Positions 52,785 to 64,000 of a stretch of 64,000 nt of DNA are shown one piece after another. The stretch is from Malacoraja senta. Its lineage: Eukaryota. Every line of letters starts with the position of its first letter. Positions within the stretch are counted from its first letter, which is position 1. The notes under the pieces are model-generated. The model saw only the letters and a list, made by a program, of their open reading frames with translations, was not told where the DNA came from and searched no databases. Location of the stretch: contig JAXLNO010000260.1 in assembly GCA_038087875.1 (NCBI GenBank), positions 1 through 64,000 on the forward strand. Reading direction: 5' to 3'. A program made the position numbers and the translations under genes.

Positions 52785-53387
52785 AAGGCCTGTCTCACGA
52801 GTCTGCGGTCATTGGCGGCAAAACAGGAACAATCTACCGCTCCTGGGCCGCCAGAGACCGCGGGCTCGGTCAAACGCCCACCGCCAGGACCGTGCGGCGT
52901 TGTTCCCAACACCGCACGGTGCTAAAATAAAACCCACACTGTTCAAAAAACGTTTCCTACTGCACAGCCGCCGCCAGTGAGGCATGAGTGCGGCACGGTC
53001 ACCGCCACAGCCGCCGCCAGTGCGGCACGAGCGCCGTGCGTCGAACTTGCACCGCCACAGCCTCCGCCAGTGAGGCACGACCACCGCCACAGCCGCCGCT
53101 AGTGAGTCACGTGTGCCGCACGGCCGCCTCCACAGCCACCGCCACAGCGCCGCGATCAGCACTGCCGCCGCCACAGCCCCGCAGATCCGAAATGACGTCA
53201 TCGCAGTCGGCCCGCCCTTTGTTTTTACTTACCGCAAGCTCGTGGGACCAGCCGTACTTAAATCACTCGGCCCCCACGCAGCGCTCCCGCGGCATAGGCT
53301 CGGCGCTCTCGCCGTTGCCGTGCGGTCCCCTCTACCGGCGACGCCGCGGTTCACCGCCGATGACCGCAACACCGTGAGACAGAGCCT
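52785..53387. mobile_element. PIF/Harbinger-type MITE, family C
   Basis: aaggcctgtctcacg / cgtgagacagagcct with TAA and TTA flanks; ccgccacag repeats inside. Confidence 0.88.
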
Positions 53388-53687
53388 TTAGGCAGCCACC
53401 ATGCTTGAGAATTGCAGGAATTATATTTTGTTAGCAAAGAGAGAAACAGTCTTAATTTTAGTCTCTTCTTAAGGCCCTCTTTTGGTGATGGCTGAATAAC
53501 AACATCAATCGACTCCTATTTTTAATTACTGTACTGCTTTGAATTTTAAACTTTGTTATTTTTTTTATCTGTTAGGGCCGCGTAAAGCACTCATTGATAC
53601 AGGTGGTGCTATATTTTAGAACATTTTATCCAATATTTCTGTGACACAAGCCAAAAAATGCCACAAATTATGGGGGAAAAAGTTATA

Positions 53688-54161
53688 CAGGTCCTCTACA
53701 GATTGGCTGGCAACTAATGGTCTGGCACCTTTTTTAATTCAGATAAAATTACGAGAGCACATTTGAAATCTCCCTCAGATGTCCCCTCAAACATATGGCG
53801 CCCAGGCCAGATGAGGCTGCCGATCCCGACCTCATTGGGGCTTCCTCGCCGATCGGCGGGTCGAATTTGCCCCCTGTGGCTGGGACTATGGAATGCTGGC
53901 CCGGCCGGAACTGGCAGATACATTCCTATAGCTGACGTCCGCGGCTGATCGGCGGGTCGAATTTGACGCTTGCAGCCGGGGCTCTGGAATACCGACCTGG
54001 CCGGAGCCGGCAGATCCGTTCCCTCGGCTGACTTCCACGGCCGACTTTGCGGGCTGGTATCCACTCGGCTCCACAAGACCCTGACCTCTGTTGGTCTGGC
54101 AAATTGGATAATATGGCAACGCTCTGGAAGCAAGGGTGCCAGAAAATTGGTGGTCGACCTT
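53688..54161. mobile_element. Probable pogo/Tigger-type MITE
   Basis: TA-flanked imperfect TIRs caggtcctctacagattggctggcaac versus reverse complement aaggtcgaccaccaattttctggcacc; internal repeat gatcggcgggtcgaatttg occurs twice. Confidence 0.55.
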
Positions 54162-54631
54162 TATTACTGTGCCAGGCAGCACCCTCAATATATGGATAGG
54201 TCTTCATCTCATCTGTACATCATATACAATATGATGAGTGTTCACTGAATCCGGCTTGAAGTTATATGTCACAATATATAACTTTTCTCCATCTTGTTAT
54301 TCCACTTAGATAAACAAAAACTTATCAAAGCCGTAGCAAAGATAGCTTAAAGAATTAATTTGATATCTATGCAATAGTGTAAATGTCAAATTATTTGGGT
54401 ATTGGCAGAAGGTTATTATTTTCTAACATGTTTGTAAAATCAGAAATAAATTTTCAAACTCTACATAAATGTACCCACTTATGCTCATTAAGGCAGATTT
54501 TACACTGCAATTGTAATGCCGGTGTGAAAAGGTTCACATTTTCACCAATTACAGATTGTAGACCATAGAGATACTCCCAATTATCTGCTGTAACTTCTGC
54601 AAAAATCACCATAAATAGCAGTTAGAATATT

Positions 54632-54980
54632 TATAGAAACATAGAAACATAGAAAATAGGTGCAGGAGGAGGCCATTCGGCCCTTCGAGCCAGCACTGCA
54701 ATTCATTGTGATCATGGCTGATCGTCCCCAATCAATAACCCGTGCCTGCCTTCTCCCCATATCCATTGATTCCACTAGCCCCTAGAGCTCTATCTAACTC
54801 TCTCTTAAATCCATCCAGTGATTTGGCCTTCACTGCCCTCTGTGGCAGGGAATTCCACAAATTCACAACTCTCTGGGTGAAAAAGTTTTTTCTCACCTCA
54901 GTCTTAAATGGCCTCCCCTTTATTCTAAGTCTGTGGCCCCTGGTTCTGGACTCGCCCAACATTGGGAACATTTGTCCTGC
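54632..54980 (-). mobile_element. Young CR1 3' fragment
   Basis: MFPMLGESRTRGH...FFTQRVVNLWNSLPQ; (ctatgttt)n tail. Confidence 0.92.
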
Positions 54981-55239
54981 AATTTATCTTGGGGTTTTGT
55001 GGAACTAAAATTGAAGTTATGGTAGACAATGAATAAATTACTCACTATGTGTGAATCCCATGATGTAAACGTAGAGGTTTACGTTGACCTCATACTAGTA
55101 TGAATCTCCTTGAAGAAGAACATCAACTCAATTTTGCTCCAGAAATGCTGGGAAACCCAACTCTTGATTCTACATATCAACATATAAAGTGGCCTTCATA
55201 GAGATGAATTGATTTGAAGCAAATGATGTTGCTCTTTCA

Positions 55240-55380
55240 TAAGATCATGTAAAATGAGTAGAATTAGGCCATTCGACCCATCAAGTCTATTCTGCCATTC
55301 AATCATGGCAGATCTATCTCCCTCCTAAGCCAATACTCATTCTCCCCATAACCTCTGACACCCGTACTAATCAAGAATGA
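55240..55380 (-). mobile_element. CR1 3' UTR fragment
   Basis: Reverse complement of the 47660-47800 type tail. Confidence 0.75.
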
Positions 55381-57477
55381 TTGATCATTGATCACCAATC
55401 ATGTTAACTTGGTTTCCCATCAACCAAGGCATCTTCTTGCATCTTGCTGAAAAATCCAACTCCAAGCTTGCATTATCAAACAGGTACTCACTGGGAGAAC
55501 TGTTGTAAGCTTTCAGATCTTCCTACTGTGCCTATCATCCCTTACAGCTTCAAAATGAAATCCAGACACACATCTACATGACAACAAAGGAAACCATATT
55601 CAATGGTCCCAGTACAGATGCTTAGAGTTTGAATATCATAATTGGAATGGAGAGAACACCTTTGTCAAGAACAGCTGAGTTCCCTAGAAAGCCAACTACT
55701 TCAAAACAACTGAAACCATATTAGTTCAATTAAATCAGAGAAACAATCATCAAAATTAATAGCATTTTGTTCTACTTTAATCAAAACAGTAAATTATAAT
55801 TTAGAGGAGTTAATGATCAAGTGGAGGAGAACCATATATTTTACAATCAAGATTAGAGGTGATCTTCTTAAATTGTGTGATTTTGTTAACAAAATAAGCA
55901 AAACAATAGGCTGGATTTTGCTAGAGCAAAGTATTTCATAACATGAGCTGTCAGACTTATTGCTAGAGGAGATCTGAAAACATATACCTTTAAATTTGAC
56001 AAAAAGAAATTACTATTAGTAAAACCTTCCACAAAGTTGGCAGGAAATAGGTGTTGGGTGATGGCAGCTAAAACAACATTTATAATGGCGACACAAGACT
56101 GCAGATGCTGGAATCTTCAGTGAAATAAAGTGTTCTTTACAAATCAATAAAATTAACAATTGATTAGTTGCAGGATATGTGTGCCCTGCCCGGTGTATAC
56201 AAATATCAGGAGATAATTCTAGCTTCTCACGGGCAGCTGATAGAGAGCTCTTGAATTGCTCCTCAATGCAAATCAGACACACAGTTCCCTGTTCCTGAAC
56301 AAGAACATTAACCCTGCATTCTATGACCTTGTTTATCCGGTTCAAAATGCCTTAGTGCTGATAAGCGAGGCCTAGCTGCTGGTTCTGTCTATGAGGCTGC
56401 AGAAATGAAATGTGGCCAAGTCCCACAATGCTACTCAATGTTCCCTGCATTAACATAATATGCTATTATCCTTTATTTAATAACATGTCTATTTCTACAT
56501 TACTATTCATCTAATTATTGCAATGCTGCAGTGGACTTTGCCAGTTCTGTCAGATTGAAATTGGCACAGTAGCTGAAATATCAGTGATCTGCAAGCAGGA
56601 ATTCAAAGATTATGGACCAAACGATACAATGAAACTCAAAGGTCTTATCAGCTGCCCTTCACCAGGGAAAGAATCAAAGTGAAGTTGGAATGAGAAGTAG
56701 TGAAAATGAAACAAAACTCGCTTATATGATTTTTTATTTCCACCGGATAAGGATCAAGCATGAAAGACCAAGACTGACTATGAAAGATAAAGGTAGATTT
56801 TAGAGAGATCAAGAGTATGAAGTGCCTGTCAGTATTTCATAAGTATCTTATGTGTTTCATGATATCTTGGAAGCATTCAAAGTCAGAAAAGCAAGTCAGA
56901 TGAAAGACAATGCTACACCTTGTTTCACAAAGCCTAATTTGCAGACACTATCTGAAATGAAATGTTGTGAATAGAGAAAAGACTACATGAAACAGGTTTC
57001 TCATCTACTGTATCCGCTGTTCCAGGTGTGGACTCCTATATATCGGCGAGACCAAGCGCAGGTTCGGCGATCGTTTTGCTAAACTCTGCCTAAAGCTACT
57101 CGATCTCCTGGTTGGTAAACACTTTAACTCCCTCCCCCATTACCATACTGACCTTTCTGTCCTGGGCCCACTCCACTGTCAGAGTGAGGCCCAGCACAAT
57201 TTGGAGGAACAATACGTCATATTTCGCGTGGGCAGCTTACAACCCAGCGGTATGAATATTGATTTCTCTAATCTCAAGTAACCAAGTCTCGACCCGAAAT
57301 GTCGCCCATTCCTCTCCAGAGATGTTGCCTCACCCGCTGAGTTACTCCAGCATTTTGTGTCTTAAGGGCCTGTCCCACTTGGCCGTCATTTACACGACAG
57401 GCCGGTAGTGACTGACGCGCGACGGTCGCGTGCGTCACCATGCATCCGCACAGCCGTCTGGAGCGCATGGCTTTATA

Positions 57478-58330
57478 GTGGCGTCATAGTGGGCGGCGCG
57501 ACCGACGTTGCAGTGGCCTCTGCAGTCCGTCTGTCTTTTTAAAAAAATTTGTCCTGTTGAATGTATAGTTTGTTGTGGTTTTATATTGTTTTTAGATGTG
57601 TATATGTGGGCGGTGGGGGAAACTTTTAAATCTCTTCCCTGTACGGGTGACCCGACATTTTCCCTGTCGGGTCTCCGTTGTCTTTGGGGCCTAGCACCGT
57701 GGAGCGGCCTCCAACCGGAACGACCTGGGGGGTCCAGTCGCGGAGCCTGCGGACTTACCATCGTGGGGCTGGCCAGCTTCGGAGCGTGGAGAGCTGTGGT
57801 GGCGCGCGACTGTGACCCGACTCCGGAGCTCGGAGGCTCCAGCTGCATGTCCGGTGGACGGTGACATCAGGAGCTCGCGGGTCCCTGGTGGGAGCCGGTT
57901 TTCAGAGCTCCCGCAACGGCAACTTCTCCCGCCCGAGTTGCGGGGTTGAAATTGACCCGGAGCGGGGCCTTACATCACTCGGTGCAGCTTTAACGGGACT
58001 TGCCATCGCCCGCCGGGGGCTCCAACATTAAGACCCAGAGTGGGGCCTTACATTGCCCGGCGAGCCTTAATGGCCTCGGGACTTGCCATCGCCCGCCGGG
58101 GGCTTAACATTGGGAGAAGGAATGATCACAGGCGAGAGACAAGACTTTGTCTTTCCATCACAGTGAGGAGCAGATTCACTGTGATGGGATGTTTGTGTAA
58201 ATTGTGTTGGTTGTGTGTCTTGATTCTTTTCTTGTTGTATGACTGCAGAAACCAAATTTCGTTTGAACTTCATTTGAGGTTCAAATGACAATAAATATAT
58301 TGTATTGTATTGTATTGTATGTATTGTATT
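57478..58330 (+). mobile_element. GC-rich non-coding retroposon, copy B (diverged)
   Basis: Same layout as copies A and C; ends tgacaataaa plus (tattg)n. Confidence 0.65.
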
Positions 58331-58340
58331 TGAAGATAGA

Positions 58341-59115
58341 CTCAAGATTCAAGATCAAGATTCAAGAAGTTTATTGCCATGTCAACAAGTTGATAGGAAT
58401 TTGACTTGCCATGCAGCACACAAATAAAGATTACAACAAAGAATTTAACACATAAAAACATCCCCCCACAATGGTTCCCACTGTGGGGGAAGGCAGCAAA
58501 GTCCAGTCCCATCCCCAGTTCACCCATAGTCGGGGCCTATTGAGGCCTCTGCAGTCACCGATACGGCAGCCCGATGCCTCAGGCCCTCTCGCCGGATGAT
58601 GAAGCTCCGGGCGTCGGGTGAACACTCTCAGCGGCCCGGAGTGTCTGGAGCGGCCGCCTCCTCCCAGTAGACCGCGGCTCCCGAAGTCCACGAGCCGCGC
58701 TGGTCGATGCTCCGACACTGTCGACCTCGTCGTCAGATCCCAGGCTCCGCGGTGTTCCAAGCTCAGCACCACTGGAAGCTCCACTGACCGCAGACCGCAG
58801 CTCCGCGATGTTGGTGCCGGCTGTCACAGCACTCCGGAGCTTACTGCACGGCGACCCGGGTTAGGCATCGCCCCGCTCCGCGATGGTGCTTCAGCGCTGT
58901 GCCGCCGCCGAAGCTGAAGTCCTGGCCGGTCCCGGCAGGAAAACGCCGCTCCAGTCTGCCCGTAGGCCGCGAGGAAGGGGCGAAGATACGGCTCGGAGAA
59001 AAGCCGCATCTCCGACCAGGTAGGGACTGAGAAGAATAGTTTCCCCCTTCCCCCTTCCCCCCCCCCACATAAAAAGACTAAAAGATCTCCAAACAACACT
59101 CTCAACTCTCAACAC
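58341..59115 (-). mobile_element. GC-rich non-coding retroposon, copy C
   Basis: Shares gaagat.cg.ctcggagaaaag..cgca....cgaccagg and tttcccccttcccc...aaaaagactaa with 22260-22360; (tcttga)n tail. Confidence 0.75.
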
Positions 59116-59859
59116 GCGAAACTCCACACTACACCACACCACTCCATGCGCCCGTCCCGTGCTACCCATGTGCTAGCCACACGCTACCCACACGCTAGCA
59201 GGACGCGTAAATGGCACGCAAATGACGGCCAAGTGAGACAGGCCCTTAACCAATGCTTTCCCTCTCTCTTCGTCCCTACCCCACTCTAGATCTCCGACTA
59301 ATTTAATTGCCCTTCTGATTAATTTTACTGATTGTATGCCTCCTTGTCACCTCCACCTCAGCTAACAATGAACCATTTTACATTTCCTATCAATGTCTAC
59401 TTTGATCTGTCATTTTCACACCTAACCCCTCCATACCTCTAGACTCCCTCTCCCCTGACACTCAATCTTCAGAAGGGTCTCAACCAGAAACATCACCCAT
59501 TCCTTCTCTCCAGAGATGCTGCCTGTCCTGCTGAGTTACTTCAGCATTTTGTGTCTATCACTGAACTAGATGTGTTTTCTGCTTGGGCGGTTCCAGCTGT
59601 CCCCGTAGTGATGACTAATGGCACCATTAGAATTTATAGAGAATGTAAGGTAGGAATCAATGGAGAAGGTGGACAGATACTTCATCTGTGGTTGATTATT
59701 TGTCTTCTCATGTTGGACTCTTGACATGTCACAGCTTATCAGCAGACTCAAGTAGACAAAGGCTCAAAGCACTCAAATATAAATACTTACCACAGATTGT
59801 TCTAATGTAAAAAAAGGTTCCATTTAGGAAAGGATTAAATATATGCATTTACTGGAAGA

Positions 59860-61010
59860 CAACAGAGATTGATCAAAGGTTTTATACAATATCGGTTGAA
59901 CTAGATGTTATATTTATGCCTGTAAAGTAAGAAAAGGAATGTATGGACTGTTATTTGATGATTTTAAGAAATAAGAAAACAGTTGGGGAAATATAAGTGA
60001 GTCTTGACACCTCAGAATGATCTATTTTGGCTATAGGAATAGATATTGGAGGACTCCACCCAAATGAGGATGTGAAGATAGTGCTTGATGCTCCTTGTTT
60101 GACCAATTTGACAGAGGTGGAGACCTACATTGGACTGCTCAATATATATCTTAACATGTCAAAAATATAGGGACTCAATGTCATTCATTAGGATGTTTAT
60201 ATATTTACTTCAGTTCTGTTGAATGTCTGTTGATAAACATGGCTCTTACAAAGACCAACCAAAATGGTGTCTACCAAAGTATAATACAGTAACACAATAT
60301 AAGCCTCCAATTTGGGGGCATTGAAGAATGAATGAGTCTTCATGCATGTCCTCTAAAGACCTAGAAGAAAATAACTCTATACATTTAATAACATTTTTTT
60401 AGTGTTGGGACACCAACCCAACTCCCTGCATCGCAACACAACATGAGTTGTTGAATCATAATACACAGGAAGTTGAGTTCAGAGAACCAAAGCAGTTGCT
60501 GAATTTACAAGTTGTGGTCGGCATAATCCAACTAAGCCATTAGTGTCATCCTGTGATTTATCACTTTTCGGTCTGATGTAAATTTGTTACACCTTTTGAA
60601 GAATTCAGATGAGTGATGGATTTGTTTTGTATCAAGGAACCTTTCCAATCGATACTCACAATGAGACAATGTGGCTTCAGCAATTGTCTACAGAGTTAAT
60701 AAATTCTACAAGTGTTTGCATAGCCTGAACTTTATGATTTTCACAGACAACAATCCTCTGAGGGTTTTCTTGGTGAATCCAAATGGTTACCTCAGATGGC
60801 CTCAACTAAAGTTATTTTTTTGCCGCATACAATAATTTTCTGAAGATTAAGATGCATAGTACCATAGGAACCTGTGGTTGGTGCACCTCCATGTTTTTTT
60901 TCTTGGCATTCATCTATGAGGGATAATGGTGTGGTTTAGATGTTGCCATGTTAGGAGAAGGGAATATTTCATCTGTGGTTGTGTTTCCTGCTGTGGCTGA
61001 CTAGACCTAT
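59860..61010 (+). mobile_element. Ancient, heavily decayed Gypsy pol remnant
   Basis: Motif ghosts in the expected order: KGL(Y)QYR, frameshifted YLDD (about 59950), GYR..GLHPNED..VLDAP..TNLTEV..YIGLLN, NPTKPLVSSCD, FTDNNPL, LPQMAS. Confidence 0.6.
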
Positions 61011-61267
61011 CCTTACCAGGGAAAAACCCTCACTCAGCATCCGCAGGTGAAATTGTTTCTGGCCATTTGATTATGGAGTGCGTTGCTGTTGCTGTTGCTG
61101 TTGCTGTTGATCATTTTGTTCCATTGGTGCCTTGAACCATATGCTGGTAAAATATATGAAGCTTCTGCCCGGAGTAAGATTGTGTTATTTCTTCATAATG
61201 ACAGTATTCCAGTCACAACCCAACAACTTGTAACTATAATGAAGCCTAACTCCAATAATTTGTATAG

Positions 61268-61452
61268 GAAGAAACTACAGATGCTGGTTTACACTGATGA
61301 TAGACATAAAATGCTGGAGAAACTCAGCGGGTCAGGCAGCATCTCTGGAGAAAAGGTATAGGTGAATGTTTTGGGTTGAGATGTCACCTATTATTTTTCT
61401 CCAGTGATGCTGCCTTACCTACTGAGTTACTCCAGCACTTTGTGTCTATCCC
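61268..61452. mobile_element. Palindromic pair of Penelope-derived tails
   Basis: gatagacataaaatgctggagaaactcag...ggcagcatctctggagaaaa pairs with ttttctccagtgatgctgcc...ctgagttactccagcactttgtgtctatc. Confidence 0.75.
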
Positions 61453-62780
61453 ACCAATTTATAGATGTGTAAACAAAAAAGACAAATACAAAAGAGAATA
61501 TGAAGATATTATTATTAGTTGCTGGCTAAGTCATGTCTTCGTCTTTTCCGTTGCATCTTCATTTTGAGGATAACCATTTAATGATAATTTCTCTCTGGAT
61601 TTAATAATTTTGCATAACAGATTGTATTCGAGCACTTTGCTCTGTATCCAGTCACCCTTCCTTCCCATGAAAAAGATGTTGGAAGTTGTTGCCTATTGTT
61701 TTAGTTTATTTTGAAAAATGTGAAAATGACAGAATTACTCAATTGGATTGTAGTCTCCTCTTGGAATTTCCTGTCTCTGATATTTGAACTGAATTCTATT
61801 TACATCATAGAAAATCGGTTACCAGTTTTCCCACTTGTCGAATTGTTAACCAGTCAAATTTAAAAGAGGTTCTATGTCAAATAGAGAGTGATCATCCTAG
61901 ATTTTCCACGGCAGGATTCATTTTACCCTTCACTGATGCCACAATGTATTTGCTTCATTGCTGTCTGATTTCCATTTATACGTCCGCAAAAGTATAACTC
62001 ATTTATTTTTTTAAATTGTAGATGCTGAAAATCTAAAACAGAACTTGCCGGAAATGCTTTGCAAGTCAGATTGCATCTATAGGAAGTAAAAACAAATTAA
62101 CGAACAGTTAATGTTTAAAGGGTCTCAGATCTTCAGTGTTAATGTTGTTCCCACAAATGCAGCCGGACCTGCTGAGAATTTTCAGAATTTGTTGGTTTTA
62201 TATTGACTTATTGTTGAAATTGCCAATCTCTCCATGATTTCAATGGTATAGGACCATTTAAAGGAAATAATGAGATACCAGTTGTCCATCATCACAGTAG
62301 CAGCATACCTGCTGTGGCAGAGAAAATATCCTTGTAAACCTACATTATACATTTTAACAAGTCCCCAGGAAGCCTAACGACTGGCAAGCAGGATGAGTTG
62401 TCTTGAATTTGTCTCCTTAAAGTGGAGTCTAACAGCATGAACTCCTGTCGCAGTTATTCTAAGCTCACAACAAAATCTCAAGTATTATCTTAGGCATATG
62501 GTCTTTGCATTTACATTTGAACATAAACAGATTGTTTCTTTCCAAATATTTTCTATACTATTATCTATCCACATTTGGAATGTGCATTTCAATTAAGTGC
62601 GACAGAAATGTACATTAGAAATAGCATTACAATATTTAGCTTCTATTTATGTGGTAAAGCTTAACGTGGAAAGAGCACATATTTTCAAAATTTAAGCTTG
62701 GTATTTTGTACAGTTCATCAGTTCAGTTTTATCAATCTTTAAAGTTCTTGACAAATGTCAAATTGAAATAATGTTTTAAT

Positions 62781-64000
62781 TATGGCGGCACCTTGTGGCA
62801 AACCAAGGGCACAAAGAACCGTCGGCTCTCGAGGGCGGCATCTTGGTGTGGGAGGCGCTAGTCATGGGGTCGGTACCAGAGTTGGTATTTAAGGCCGGAC
62901 AACGCCCGTGACCTTGAGGGAGTAGGGAGCTGTATTGGAGAGAATAAACACGTCTAATGCACACAACTCGTGTCCGACTAGTTTTTGGCTGGACTCCTGC
63001 AAGTCCCCGCTACACTGGTGACCCCCGACGCCCAGGAGAGTATTCCTGGAAGGGAAATTTGAAAAAAAATGCATTCTGCCGCTGCCGCCTATGAGGCTGA
63101 CATGGCCGAACTCAACGCGGTCTCCCTAAAACTACCAACATTTTGGACCTCGCAGCCGGGGGTTTGGTTTCGACAGGCCGAATCCCAATTTTAACATTCA
63201 CGGCATTATAGCCAGTGAGACCCGCTATCCCTTGACCAGCAGATGGCCGGTCGGGTCATTCCTTACCTGGATAACCCGCCGACGGCAGGTAAGTACACAG
63301 GCCTCAAGGAGCAGCTGCTCCGTATCTACGGGCCAAGCCGTATGCAGCAGGCCTGTCAGGTCCTCAACATGGCGGGCTCGGAGTCCCTCGGCCCTCATGA
63401 GTGAGATGCTAATGCTCATGGGCGACCACCTGCCCTGCCCTGCCCTGCCCGATCTTTGAATTTTCTTACATGCAGCAGTTGCGCGAGACATCCGCCGGCA
63501 GCTTGCGGGGGAGAGCTTTGAAGATCCCATCCAGCTAGTGGCCCGCGCTGATGAACTGTGGATCTCCGACCAGCAGCAGGTGGGCGCGCTGGAATACCAG
63601 GAACCGCTGGAATCCCTGGAATTGCTGGACCGGATTGATTCAACGCCCTGTCAGGCCCAGTGACCCAGGACCAGGCCCACAAGAGGTCCACGCCCACAAG
63701 AGCCACAGACAAGACAAGTGGCACAGGAGAGGAGGATGGCTGAGCCATAGACCAGACAAGTGGCACAGGAGAGGCGGATGGCTGAACAGGACCCAGGAGA
63801 TCCAAGGAGAAGGATGTGGTGTTTTTACTACCAGCGCTGGGGTTCAGCAGCCCGCCAATGACACCAGCCATGTTTCTTTCAGGGAAACGGCAGCGCCGGC
63901 CGCTGATAGTCACTGCGGTGGCCGGCAGGATCCATCGACTGCATGTCTGGGACCGGCGCACGGGGCTCAGGTTCTTGGTGGACACCGGGGCGGAGGTCAG
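62781..64000 (+). mobile_element. Gypsy LTR retrotransposon 5' end: LTR, PBS, disrupted gag, protease start (continues past the window)
   Basis: LTR 62781-63014 (tatggcgg...ccgctaca, AATAAA at 62944); PBS tggtgacccccgacg at 63016; gag MAELNAVSLKLPTFW..PGVWFRQAESQF from 63102; protease RFLVDTGAEV at the window end. Confidence 0.9.

Larger units (their letters stand above)
57365..59246. mobile_element. PIF/Harbinger-type MITE, family F, expanded by two nested retroposons
   Basis: TIR agggcctgtcccacttggccgtcattt / aaatgacggccaagtgagacaggccct. Confidence 0.88.
56998..59560 (+). mobile_element. Penelope-like element (GIY-YIG 57000-57283; tail 59250-59560) split by a MITE
   Basis: LIYCIRCSRCGLLYIGETKRRFGDRFAK; tail matches 8430-8630. 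Confidence 0.88.

Noticed and set aside
52585..54248. Cluster of overlapping GC-rich ORFs resembling a CpG-island gene start
   Set aside because: Explained by two MITEs; the ORFs arise from low stop-codon frequency in GC-rich DNA.
56170..56345. Possible exon after ttgcag
   Set aside because: No recognisable product and no convincing donor site.

Overview
Eukaryotic, AT-rich, repeat-dominated DNA. The repeat set (HE1-type V-SINEs, CR1/HER1-like LINEs, Deu-domain SINEs) points to a cartilaginous fish, probably a skate or ray; this is an inference. I see no intact host gene. The one host-like coding relic is a decayed Diaphanous (DIAPH) FH2-domain exon at 31905-32030, followed by a U12-like AT-AC donor. 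The rest is layered transposon history: many CR1 fragments (one near full ORF2), a disrupted L1-clade ORF2, a Rex1/Babar 3' end, a young and an ancient Gypsy LTR element, and a CGGBP-like hAT transposon with TIRs and an 8-bp TSD. Three systems stand out. (1) Penelope-like elements with many short derivatives carrying a minimal hammerhead-ribozyme core. (2) Ten CpG-rich PIF/Harbinger-type MITE insertions that share one TIR but have about six different interiors. (3) A GC-rich non-coding retroposon family with LINE-like tails. All calls come from reading the sequence by eye. Boundaries without a TSD or TIR are approximate (about +/-20 bp).
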